Part shown: one piece after another, positions 51,955 to 64,000 of the stretch
How positions within the stretch are numbered: position 1 is the stretch's first letter
Layout of the letters: each line of letters begins with the position of its first letter
From: Epiperipatus broadwayi
Taxonomy: Eukaryota > Animalia > Onychophora
Direction: 5' to 3'
NCBI GenBank assembly: GCA_028023455.1
Contig: JAQFVV010000006.1
Location: 16,120,001-16,184,000 of the forward strand
DNA length: 64,000 nucleotides
The notes under the pieces: generated by a model
Database searches by the model: none
The model's input: the letters and a program-made list of their open reading frames with translations, nothing else
What the model was told of the DNA's origin: nothing
Position numbers and translations under genes: made by a program

Positions 51955-52570
51955 ACTTGTACAAAAGGTGACAGGATTGTGTTAAGAGACGTGTTGAGCA
52001 TTATAGTGACAAAAATGGGATAGATGCATTAATGAAAAATAGGGAGTTGGAGAGATTGGATACCAGTATAGAGAGTAAAAAAGAGTTTAAATATATATAA
52101 AAATCAACAGAATATTGGGTTGAGTTAATTTACAATAATAGAAAGGAAAGTAGTTTACTGTTTAAGGCTTGAACAGGAACGTTCACACACATAAATGAAG
52201 GAATGTGGGTGATTTAGTCTGCAAGTTATGTCAGAAAGGCATGGAAAATTTTAGCATCTATTAACTGAATGTAAATGCCTATAAGAAGAAAAGGTGCAAA
52301 TAATGAAGTTGTGGGAGAATAAATATAAACAAAGTGATTATACAAAAATGGGTTATTGGTTTTTTTAATATTGGGTTTGGAAAAATATAAGGGAGATCTA
52401 GATTTAAAGATGACATTGTGAAAATCAGAAGAAACAGGATACAGAAGAATATGGGAGAAACATAGGGTGGTGAATAGAAAGGGAAGGGAAAGTGGCTAAC
52501 AGGTTTTCTGGGCATAGTATCTGAGAGATTCCTGACTTCTAATAAAGGAGAAGCCATAACGCATCACATT
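51955..52570 (+). mobile_element. LINE 3' end, degenerate
   Basis: Homologous to 56812-57530. Confidence 0.8.
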
Positions 52571-53390
52571 TATTTTTTTGCAGCTATCTTTAACACTTGC
52601 TTTCCACTTTTACATTAATTTGGGGGGGAATGGAATTAAAATAATATTGATTTTTTTATTTAAAAAAAATCTCATGATGTCAGTCTTAAACAGATAAGTT
52701 TATTTACAAATGACCTAATGTTTGACCACATTATTATTGAGCAGCAGATTCGTTTTTTGTTTGATTACATATTTAGAATTATTTTTGCAGAATGTTTGTA
52801 TAATATTTTTTTTTTAAAAAAGAATAGTATGATTATATTCAAATTTTATTTGAAATTAGTTACTTTTTGAAGAAAATAAGACTAGAAATCAACAACATAT
52901 AGCTATGACTTATTGGATGAAAAATAATTCTTTCAAACTGATCACAGCTCATATTTTATTATTTTTTTAAAATTATAAATAGTATTTTAAATTTTAAATA
53001 GAATTTCATTATCTTTAAGTATTTTAAATGACAATTCATTTTGGCTTTACAAACTAAATTAAAACAATTCTGACCTTTTTTTAGTTCAATATTTTTACAA
53101 GCAATGCAATAACTATCCAATTAAAAAAAACTTACTGCTCTTTATAAATCTTACTATATATTTCAGTTTAATTTTTTTTCTATTATTTGCAAAGTTAAAA
53201 TAGTAATTTTAAGAATAATTTTTATTTATAAGCATATATTTCTAATACATAATTTAAAATTTCTAAAAATATAATAAAAAATAATGATAAATTTAATAAA
53301 ACAAAAAGTTTGAAATTTATTACAATCTGCCACTAGGGGACGTCAAAATAGTTGTAAACTACCATTGAATTAAAATGAAATCTGAAGCAT

Positions 53391-53498
53391 CTTGCATTGG
53401 TGGTCGAGAGGTCAGTGCGACTGCCTTGCACTTGCAGGCAGTTGCCCGGGTTGCAGGTTTACATCCCGGCTGATGCTATGACACTTAAAAAAAAAAAA
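53391..53498 (+). mobile_element. tRNA-Gly-derived SINE
   Basis: Flanking direct repeat TGAAGCATCTTG; A tail. Confidence 0.9.
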
Positions 53499-53880
53499 TT
53501 GAAGCATCTTGTTTAAACATATGATAAACATGTTGAAAATGTAAAAAAAAAATTAAACTCTACTGCATATTTCTAAAAAATTTAATATAAGATTTTAACC
53601 AAATTATTTATTTAAAAATTGATATTAAAACAACATATACTGACCTGAATGTTTGGTGCAGTAATAGAGTGGCGGGCTCTGCAATTCAAGACCCATGAAT
53701 TATGACCTATTTGTGTCAGTTTTGATGTTCAAACTTCTTACGAATTCCCAAACAATAAACCATTTGATTATTTGAGTATTACTTTATAATATTTACTACA
53801 AAATATTTGATAATATTAAATAGTGCTATCACACTTATAATGTAAAGTTGTATAATTAATATTAATTAGTCCATTAAAAT

Positions 53881-53923
53881 GGCTGAGCGCTTTCGAGAAA
53901 CTGTACTTCTCATAATCATAGCC
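53881..53923 (-). ncRNA. Variant-core hammerhead, best copy
   Basis: GGCT-ATGATTA-T-GAGAAG(TACAG)TTTCTC-GAAA-GCGC-TC^AGCC; all stems paired. Confidence 0.85.
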
Positions 53924-54335
53924 AGTTCTGACTCGTTTGTTGAAATCACTCCATCAGTATAACATGCAAACTTCATGCAAATGAGTCAATTGGACTATTT
54001 TTTTGATATAGCAAAAATGATTCTTTACTATTAATGGCATAGGAGTCCTCTGCTATAAAGTAAGCCTCCTTTACCTTACACTTAACATCATGTCTTTCAG
54101 TACAAACCAATTTTGCAGATGTGGGTTCAAACTCATGTCCTGCAAAATTGGTTTGTACTGAAAGGCATGATGTTAAGCATAAGGTAAATGAGGCTTACTT
54201 TATAGCAGAGGACTCCTTCACCATTAATCATAAAGAAGCATGTTTTGCTATATCAAAAAGATGGACTAAGTGACTCATTTGCATGGAGTTTGCATGTTAT
54301 ACTGATGGAGTGATTTCAACGAACGAGTCAGAACT

Positions 54336-54379
54336 GGCTATGATTATGAGTAAGTACTGTTTCTTAAAAGTGCTCAGCC
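54336..54379 (+). ncRNA. Variant-core hammerhead, G12 mutated
   Basis: GGCT-ATGATTA-T-GAGTAAG...TTTCTT-AAAA-GTGC-TC-AGCC. Confidence 0.65.
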
Positions 54380-54689
54380 ATTTTAATTGACTAATTGATA
54401 TTAATTATACAGCTTTACGTTATAAGTGTGATAGCACTATTTAACATTATCATAATTTGGACAAGCGTAAAGTCATAAATCTACAAGTTATTACAAAGTA
54501 TTTAATAAAATAATGTTATGAATTTTGGTTTTCAGCATTTTATTATAGAACATATCTATTCTAAAGATATCATTAATGAAGAAGAGAGAAAAAGACTATC
54601 ATATTAATTTGTGTGTTACAACTGACAGCTGAATGTACATAGAAAGATATACATCTGATTTTGTTTTATAAATCACATTTAACAGTTTC

Positions 54690-55410
54690 AACAAAGGCAA
54701 AACTCTCCATACAGTAGTGCCACCCTGTGCCAAACAGAGTAATCAATGGATGCCAGAAGGCTTGTGCATAAAATTCCTATCTAGTGCCTACTCATCCAAT
54801 ATCCCCAGACTATTTTCTGGCTTGTGGCCATTATCAGTGAGGAGCCTTAGATCTGAGAGCACTGCACCTAGATCTTAGGATCTAATGTAACCCTCCAGCA
54901 GCCACCTTTTAACTCTACTTTACTGCAAAACTATGAGAATAAAATTGAAAACACAATAATATTTTCAATATAAGCTCAATAGCTTATATAGTCATATGGG
55001 TCTGAACTCAATTCAGTGCCCATACATTTTGGTGTCTTTGGCTCTTAAACAACCATAGCCACCACTATCCTATTAGGCAGGATTGGTGTTAAACCACTAA
55101 ACATCACATGATCACCATCTCTATACTAGCACATAATTGTTGTAAACAAAGGCAAAACTCTCCATACAGTAGTGCCACCCTGTGTCAAACAGAGTAATCA
55201 ATGGATCCAAGGCTCCTCACTGATGATGGTCACAAGCCAGAAACTAGTCTGGTATATTGGATGAGTATGCACTAGATAGGTGCACAAGCCTTCTGGCATC
55301 CATTGATTACTCTGTTTTGCACAGGGTGGCACTACTGTATGGAGAGTTTTGCCTTTGTTTACAATAATTATGTGCTAGTATAGAGATGGTGATCATGTGA
55401 TGTTTAGTGA
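54690..55410. mobile_element. Family A multi-part inverted cluster
   Basis: Long minus unit plus nested inverted dimer; HHR at 55214-55256 (+) with paired stem II TGGT/GCCA. Confidence 0.85.
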
Positions 55411-56589
55411 TTTAACAGTTTCATTTAGATGATAGGAGTAATCCAACATAAAACCATAAGTAAAATATCATCACTGCAAACTTTCAAACAGTCATCATCT
55501 TTTTTCAAGTTGTGTGTGTGTGTGTTTTTATCAAAGGCATTACTCATTTTAATCACACTATATCACAACCATCCACCAGGACACAAACTGAAATCACTGT
55601 CTCTCTCTCACACACACATAGCTACACATAACCTATAACTTCATTTTATGAACAGTCTTTTCTTGATGGGTGAGATAATGTTTTAAAATACCCGGATTTC
55701 TATTCCAATCTCATGTTAATGTTATTGTTCTTTAATTTTTACAGTACGAATTATTCCTAAATTTAATGCTATTATAAAAATACTCTTGCAAGAATATATG
55801 AATAAACCATTCAGGGTGCAGCAGAGTCAACAAATAATTTCTTCCCAAAAAAATTAATAACAAATCTTAAAATACTGATTATCTCATACTTACTCTATTC
55901 TGTGGTGGTGATAACCATTGCAAAATTCATCACCCTCAATTATGTGTTTGCAAGACATCTATAAATGAAGCAAACATACTTTCAAAAAATACACAACCAA
56001 TTATAGGATATATATCTATCTGATTTAAAAATATGTAATATACAGATAAATATAATGTCTAGAATTAAAACAGCAAGTAAAGAATCTAAACCAAAGATTG
56101 ATTTTTTTAACATGAAGAAACATTTTGTTTAAATATCCAAACCAAAAAAATTAAAAAGAGCTACCAAAGAGGAGATGAAAATAGGTTGATGAAAAATGAA
56201 AATGTCTGAATGGTTATTGTTGTGTTTGAACATTTGTTTTAGTAATAGATCTTGACAGAATTAGTGTACATATAATGATAAATGAAATATTTTAAAGACA
56301 AATAAACAAAAACGAAAAATTACTTTGACCATTTGATTTATTCACAAATTTTTATTATTTAAACATTCATCCATATGAAGTAATTATTATTCTATAATAA
56401 GGACAAATTCAAGAAGCAATGTGGAAAAGCATGTTTTCCCTCTCCTAAAGTCATGAAATGATGAACTTCACCAAATACTCAGCTTTAGTTTATAAAAAAA
56501 AAAAGAAGCTACTTTATGTGAAGATAAACAAATGTATGCAAATTTGAATTACGAATATCAATAAAAAAAATGTGTTTTATATCTAAACA

Positions 56590-56812
56590 TCACATGATCA
56601 CCATTTTCTATGCTTACACAAACAGTAGCAAATTCTCCAATACAGTAGTCCTCCCAAATTCAAGATTTCTCACTGATGAAAGCCACATGCTAGAAACTGT
56701 TTTGGGGATATTGGATGAGTAAGAACTAGATAGGGTTTTTTTGCACAAACCTTCTTGCATCCATTGATTACTATGGCTTGCACTAGGTGGCACTACTGTA
56801 TGGAGAGTTTGC
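56590..56812. mobile_element. Family A element abutting LINE 5' truncation point
   Basis: HHR ~56668-56710; 3' end ATGGAGAGTTTG runs directly into LINE sequence. Confidence 0.75.
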
Positions 56813-57530
56813 TAACAAGATGGGTGAGAAAGGTAATGCCCTATGCAAAAGATTTGGATAAAGAATTTATATCAGTATATTTGTACAAAAGATGGGATGA
56901 TTGTGTTAAGAGGATTATTGAGTGTTATAGTAGTAAGGAATGGGATAAAAGAATAAATTTATTAATAAAGACTAGGGAGTTAGAGAGATGGAGAAATAGT
57001 ATGGAGAGTAAAAAGAGTTTAAATATATATAGAAATAAACAGAATATTAGGTATGAGTTAATATATGATAATAGTAAGGAAAGTAGTTTATTGTTTAAGG
57101 CTCGAATGGGATCTTTAGCTACAAAAGAATATACATGTAAATGGAAAAATATGGGTGATTTATTTTGTAAATTATGTAAGGAAGGAATTGAAAATATTAG
57201 GCATTTGTTAATTGAATGTAAATGTTTGAAAACAGAAAGGGTACATATAATGAAGTTGTAGAAAAATAAATATGAAAAGAGTGATTATACAGAAAGTGAA
57301 TTATTGGTTTTTATGCTGGGTTTGGGAAAAGATAAGGGGGATTTAGATATAAAGGTTATAGAGTTGACAAAAATTATGTTGTGGAAATGGGATAGAGCAG
57401 ATTATGGGTAAATTTGGAGTGGGGAATGTAAAAGAAAGTGGCTAACAGGTTTATCTGGGCATAATTGCTGAGATATTCTTGACTTCGTTTAAGGAGAAGC
57501 CATAATACATCACATCACATCACATCACAT
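56812..57530 (+). mobile_element. LINE 3' end with C-terminal zinc-binding motif, (CATCA)n tail
   Basis: IYDNSKESSLLFKARMGSL...CKLCKEGIENIRHLLIEC; one in-frame stop at ~57260; clade not assigned. Confidence 0.85.
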
Positions 57531-59321
57531 TACTGTTATATATCTACCATGATAAAAAGAGCCACAAAATTGAGAATAAAAGAGCAGCATCTGGCATCGA
57601 GCCCCAAGTCACTGATCCTTGATGTAAAAGTAAATTATATTTTGCATTGTTGATGCTATTAGGAATCTGTATTAAGTAGATTTAGATTCACTTTTTAATC
57701 TGAATTGGTTTTTTAAGACTTCATTAAATGAATAAATCATTCGAACATATACTGTTAGTAGGCCTATTTTTAGTGTTTACTAAATCTTATTATGTACGAG
57801 TAATTAAATTATCAAATGGTTTGTCATTCTAAAGGTCTTAAGACATTTGAACATTAGAAATGATAGGCCAAGCAGTGAGCCATGGATTTTTATCTCTTGA
57901 ATACAAATTCTGTTAAACTGCCTAAAGTTCTATTTATAAATGAACATGCCTGACCTTCTCTAAATAGTGATTGACTATTGCTGTGATTAACCTTCTTTTA
58001 TATCATATTTATCATCGTCCTGTATCCATTTACCCTAAATTTAATCATGAAAAGGATCTATTGTGCTCAATCTACCACTTATATGTTTAAGTATTTAAAA
58101 CCACATGACCTTTGAGTAAATTACCATATAATTGCTATGGTTGTGTAACATCCGAATAACTAAACAAATTATTATTATGGTAAAGTTATTGTTTATGTAA
58201 ATATAGAACAAAAATAGTCAAACGCTTCACTGTTTAAGAGTCTACAAAAAGTTTAATCCTTGGAAGCCATAAAACGGGCCTCCATTTATAGTTCTTCAGC
58301 CCCAGAGTCTCCGCTCTACCACTGAATCAAACCATAATGCAAGTCAAATGTAATATATATATTGCATCTTTATAAATACGTCACTATATACATATTTAAA
58401 AGCATATGCAAATTTTTATGCTTTATATTTACATAATTGGGAAGGGGTAGGGGCATATAAACCACATACGCACTTCCTATCTGCCAGTATAAAATAAACA
58501 CGCTGATTGCCTTATTATCATATGCAGAAATCTTTTTCAAATCATATTAGTAATCCAGAATATCCGGTCATTTAAAATAATGTCTTCAGAAAACAAAACA
58601 AAAAAAGAATTATAGTAATTCTTAATAATTAATTTTTAATACACTAAACATTTTTTTTGATCTTTGCCCAATGGCAGATTTGATGACTCACAAGTGTCGT
58701 TTGACAGAGGAGAGTTGAGAAAAATGATTTATTTAATTATTCCTGATGTTGGTTTAGTTTTGCTAAGAAGCATTAAATGTTTAAAAGTTCTGAAAAGTGA
58801 TTAATGAAATATATTACAGGGATGTAATCGTATGCTTATAATTATGCATTTAGAAAAGATAAATCAACTTTAAATAGCCCACTGCAGGGCAAAGATCTTT
58901 TAATAACCCTCTTTTCTTACATGAACAATAAAAAAGCTACTACACATTATTCTTAGCAACTACTTGACGGTTGGAGATTTAATTAAATTGCCACCCTTAT
59001 TAAATCTCTAGTTAAGTAAGAATAATTGGATACTCATTTACTGACCAATAAATGAATAGATAACTAGATTGGCTAATTAACAAAAAAAATTTAATTTGTG
59101 TTTGCAATATGAAAAATATTTCAAATTTCACCTGGTCTGAATTCAAACCACTGATCACATACAGAACAAGTAGATGCTCTTGCATTACTTCATAATTTCT
59201 TTCCATTTGTGTGTATTAAGTTTTCCAACCAAAATTAGATTAAATAATTACACAATAAAGTATTAAATATAGTTTTACTTTTCAAATATTATGTAACAAA
59301 AAACACTTATTTATAATTGTT

Positions 59322-59450
59322 AACGATTACAAAAGAAAAATAAAGGAGGCATTTTACATTAATGGAAACATCCATGCTATTAATAGGAAAGACACTTGCT
59401 TCGAAATTTCGAAGAAATGGGCTATGTTATTCATTTTCAACAAAACATGA
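59322..59450 (+). pseudogene. PLE endonuclease C-terminal fragment
   Basis: NDYKRKIKEAFYINGNIHAINRKDTCFEISKKW. Confidence 0.8.
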
Positions 59451-60978
59451 CAATAAATCAAATCGAAATGAACCTCAAGACAGCAATTGAAAAGGGCATA
59501 TTCTCTGAGATCCGGCTTTCGGCCATAATTAACTTTTCCATCTGGGCATTGCGCTGTAAGCTGGTTGTTCCAGGCTGAGACCTCGAATAATATATTCACA
59601 GCGTTTTGCCAAATACTAAACAAGGAAAGGGATAGAGATATGCACACTGCTGCTCCCTTCACAACTGCACAAACTTGGGACTCCATTGCAATTAGATGGA
59701 GCTCCCCGTAACTTTGCTGTTTATTGGGTGGCTGTTGCTTTTCATCATTTCATAAAACTGAAACATGGGTATTAATACTACCTACTAACAGCATCTCATT
59801 TTAATCTTCCCTGCTATGAACTTTAGACAAATCAGGTTTCTATGGTCTATTTTTGGAACAACAAACAAGTCACAAATGTTTCCTGTGCAAACATTAACTC
59901 AAATATATCATCCTTTTTTTTTTTTTTGCATGCTATTTCATAATCATTTACTTGTTTTGTATTTTTTGGTCTGTATTTCTTTGGTCTAAATGTAGAATAA
60001 ATTTGGTTTTTGAAAGGTAATACTAGCTTATTTGAATATTTGCATATATTTTACTATACATTTTGTGAAGGCTATGAATATGAGGCATGGATCCTCGAAA
60101 ACGTTAAGCCGATAAACTTTAATAATAATTTATATATTCTTCTTTATTAACAATAAAGTATTATAACTAAGCACTAATACTGATCGTCATCACTGATGTT
60201 GCTGTTTTTGTCACTATCCTCTTAACATTATTTATTTTAGCAACTGAATTATAGAGTCAGATCATACACTACAATGAGCTTCCAAATTTTAGTGGTGAGA
60301 AATATGGATTGCTCACAAATTGCATACATAGTGAGTGAAGGTAATTGGAGTGCCCTCTGCTGGTGAATGAATGCAAATGGTAAAAATGAGATAAGAGTAT
60401 GTTATCAAAATTTAAAAAAAATTTAAAATATCTTTATAGTACTAAGACTGTTTGCCTTTACCCAAGGTGCTAATAATGGTAGAAGCCCATCCTTATTTTG
60501 TGAGAAAGTGGGTTTTTTTAACTTTTGATATAGGCATGGAAATCAAAGTGCTTGATAATTTTACCTCATTAGATAAGTAAAGATTGTTTACAAAATACAT
60601 GAATATTAAGAGTGAGGGCCCTCTGCTGGTGAATCATTGCAATGTGGTAAAATTGAAGTAAGGGATACATTAAAATATTCAGTTATAATATTGTTTGGGA
60701 TTTTCATAAGAAGTTTGATTATTGGAAGAGCCTGAACTGGAATCAAACTTAGGACCTTACATACTAGGGTCTAACACATGCAAGACAGAGGTGCACTGAT
60801 AAAATTTTGTGAACATTAATACAATGCTTCCTATTTTTCTACAAAAAAGAAAAAGTAAGAAATCGAATTCTATATACCTAACAATTCAAATTTGCATATA
60901 TTTGTTTGTCTGCAAAATGAAGGAGTTTGATTCCTCTTCATAACCTAAAGCTGAGTTTATTTTTTAGTGAATTTCACC

Positions 60979-61020
60979 AGCTATGATTATGATGAACTTT
61001 TCCGAAGGTGCACTTAACTT
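60979..61020 (+). ncRNA. Variant-core hammerhead, decayed
   Basis: AGCT-ATGATTA-T-GATG...CC-GAAG-GTGC; similar decayed motif near 56445-56490. Confidence 0.4.
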
Positions 61021-61746
61021 TAGACTATAAAGAAAAAAGAAATCACTTTGTTATGCAAATGAACAAACATATGCAAATTTGAATTACAAAATCAAATGAA
61101 GGGAAAAATCAATAATACCTAATAATTATAAAAAATACTTGCTAGAAAAAATATCAGTGTTAGAAATTGAGCATTTGGTATGAGTATTCATAAGATTCTG
61201 AACATGTTTATGCTTTAACTATAATTCATCAAAATGTTAAAATAAAATTTACTTGTAGTGTTCAAACTCAGACTGTAACTTTTTTTTTGTTTGAATAGTT
61301 GAAGAATTTTCAAGTAAGCTTTTTTCAGTATATATATATACATTTGGATATGCTGAAGAAATCCAAATAAATTAGGCAAAAGAGTGCTGATGCTTTGAAC
61401 TCAAAATATGACCACAATTGGTCAACAATTTCATCATACAGTCTGATGCCATGAAATGTATTACTACATTAGATTAGTACTTGATACTATATCAAAAATT
61501 ATAAAATGAATAATTAGTTGCAAAAACAATAAAAATATATCTTGTAGATTTGTTTAAATACTCCCATTATGAGAATTTAGTGATTTTTCTCTCTAACTGA
61601 ATAGTTGTGAGATCCAATATTTAACATGTCTATTTACTTCAGAGATCTGCTTTGAATCACTCTTATTTGTAATGATATTTTTGTTGGTTTTTTTAAATGT
61701 TAAAACCATGAACTAACAAATATTGATTTATTTTTTAAAAAATCAG

Positions 61747-61853
61747 TATTTTTTTCTCATGTGTCATAGCATCAGCTGGGAAGTGAACCCACTAACCTAG
61801 GACAACTGCTTGTAAAGCAGCTGTCACTGACCTCTCGACCACGAATGCTTGAC
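61747..61853 (-). mobile_element. tRNA-Gly-derived SINE
   Basis: Flanking direct repeat AAAAAATCAGTATTTTT. Confidence 0.9.
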
Positions 61854-62029
61854 AAAAAATCAGTATTTTTCAATCACCATTAATAATATAACAGAATAGA
61901 ATCATCATTTTTATGCACAGCTTTACTTTGTTTTCAAACCACTATTTTTCATGTTACTTTGCCAATAGTTATCATTATTTTATTTAAAAAAACTATACTG
62001 AATAATGCTAACACCTTCAGAATTATTTT

Positions 62030-62570
62030 ATAATTTAATAATGGTGATGTAAGATCTGCATTCAAAGGTGCTGATTAGTTGTTTCTTGTTCTCTCCACAA
62101 GGGGGCACTTTTCAACAATTTTGACAGTTCTTTTTCTTCATTTTGATTTTCAAAGTGAAAATGTATGTTTTAGACCCTTTTTTTAAAAAAAAAAATTATT
62201 ATTTGGTCCACAAAATATTTATGAAATATTAATTATTTTACAAAAATAATTCAGATTTTAGGAGAAAATATTTACTTTTACATAAAACAAAGTCAATGAC
62301 ATATAACTGGAATTTATAAGTGGATGATAAGCATAAATTTTAAGGTGACTGCTATAAATTATTTTCATCAATTATAAATAGAAATTTATTTTTAAAAACT
62401 TGTTTACTTTAATCATCTAATGAATTATTAATTTTCATTTTTAGAAACTAAATTAAAACAAATATAATTTTAAAAGACAAATATATTTTTATTACTGATT
62501 CTGTAATTAACCAATCAAAAATTTAAACTTTGATTTAATTGACCAATAGGAATTTTGAGCATGGTAAAGG
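62030..62570. mobile_element. Third copy of piggyBac-like MITE (partial)
   Basis: Homology to 43982-44702; ends AAAGG|TTAA. Confidence 0.5.
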
Positions 62571-63485
62571 TTAAAGATCAAAGTGTATTTAGTCCAGCCT
62601 CCATGTGTTTAGTCCTGACTCCATATCTTTGATGGTTTTGGTTCATTGTAATCTGGTTTCCACAACATTTATTACTTCAATAAAAAATTTAGAATAGCAA
62701 AAATAAACATGATTTTTTTGGGTAATTTATTAAATATTTCTGATTATTTTTATACAATGATTGCATAATTGTTTAAAACTAAAAGAATATACATATACAT
62801 TTTGATTTTATTTATATATGCTTTATTTTTAAAAATAAAAGTTAATAAATTTGACCATAATGTTAATAAAGAAAACTACAGCTCAAGTGATGATCACACT
62901 TTGTGAACCCAATTTCTCAGCTTAACAACACAATGATGGGATCTTTTGAGATTTCCTAAAAATTATAAATGCAATTTTAATATTTTATAACAGAATTTTA
63001 TATATTCATTCATTCCCATTTTAAAATGAACTTTAGCCAACAAAGATTTTAATTTTTTGGAGACAATGATGATTGTCTTCAGTATCATTTTTTAAATATT
63101 TGCAAACTTCAAATATGATTTTTTAGTGTTTTTTATTTGTAAACTTAAATTTCTAACAAATTAAGTCCAGTATATTTAGTTTTGGTATAGAATAAAGATT
63201 TTATACTGGAATGAAAGTTTGAGCATTGACAAAAACTTCAAGAAGTCTATCAAGAGAAAAGTTCAACCTGTTAGAAGGTTAATGCAAAGTGTAAACAACA
63301 CAAAGAGAATTAAAATAATATTTAGAGCAAAATATGAATAGATCTCTAGACTTTTATAATATCTTTTAGTTTTAAACAAGTTAATTTATACAAATATAAA
63401 TTATACATAATGAGCAAAAATATAAAAAATGTAAGTTTACATTAGAACATAACATTTCAGCAATTATATTAAAAGAATAATGAGG

Positions 63486-64000
63486 ATGTGATGTGATGTG
63501 ATGTATTGTGGCTTCTCCTTAAATGAAGTCAAGAATATCTCAGCAATTATGCCCAGATAAACCTGTTAGCCACTTTTTTTTACATTCCCCACTTTAAATT
63601 TTCCCATATTCTGCTCCATCCCATTTCAACAACATAATCTTTGTCAACTCTATAGCTTTTGTATCTAAATCCTCCTTATCTTTTCCCAAACCCAGCATAA
63701 AAACTAATAATTCACTTTCAGTATAATCACTTTTTTCATATTTATTCTTCCACAACTTCATTATATGTACCCTTTCTGTTTTCAAGCATTTACATTCAAT
63801 TAACAAATGCCTAATATTTTCTATTCCTTCCTTACATAATTTACAAAATAAATCACCCATATTTTTCCATTTACATGCATATTCTCTTGTAGCTAAAGAT
63901 CCCATTTGAGCCTTAAACAATAAACTACTTTCCTTACTATTATCATATATTAACTCACACCTAATATTCTGTTTATTTCTATATATATTTAAACTCTTTT
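63486..64000 (-). mobile_element. LINE 3' end, close relative of 56812-57530, truncated by window edge
   Basis: LFKAQMGSLATREYACKWKNMGDLFCKLCKEGIENIRHLLIEC; (CATCA)n tail. Confidence 0.9.

Larger units (their letters stand above)
53808..54452. mobile_element. PLE inverted dimer (EN tail + 3'UTR + variant HHR in both arms)
   Basis: Minus: GHEFEPTSAKLVCTERHDVK...; plus 54142-54273: AKLVCTERHDVKHKVNEAYFIAEDSFTINHKEACFAISKRWTK*. Confidence 0.9.

Noticed and set aside
54117-54141. Pol III B box at palindrome centre
   Set aside because: It is the antisense of PLE coding sequence GHEFEPTS
56755-57261. 168-aa host zinc-finger gene
   Set aside because: Chimera of family A 3' end and LINE ORF2 C-terminus; five related LINE copies in window
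59530-59710. PAP2 phosphatase motif FPSGH on plus strand
   Set aside because: Single short motif, other PAP2 motifs absent

Overview
AT-rich, CpG-depleted eukaryotic (arthropod-like; inferred) window with no complete gene that I can recognise. It is dominated by transposable elements. The main signal is a dense population of minimal type I hammerhead ribozyme (HHR) motifs, about 35-40 intact or decayed copies on both strands by my hand count. They sit in Penelope-like retroelements (PLEs) and in several ORF-less derivatives, most inserted as inverted dimers. One PLE lineage has GIY-YIG endonuclease remnants at about 11.1, 28.5, 51.5, 54.1 and 59.3 kb. Four of these carry a hammerhead whose core reads AUGANUA-U instead of CUGANGA: an apparent compensatory A3-U8 swap plus an extra U after A9, conserved while stems I and II change sequence. 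Other content: a tRNA-headed element with an internal HHR, 15 copies of a tRNA-Gly-derived SINE, a tandem array of tRNA-Pro-like units, LINE 3' ends and RT remnants, two mariner remnants, hAT- and piggyBac-like MITEs, simple repeats, and a few weak candidate exons. All structure calls and alignments were made by eye. Element boundaries are approximate, ribozyme motif coordinates were counted exactly, and novelty was not checked against any database.
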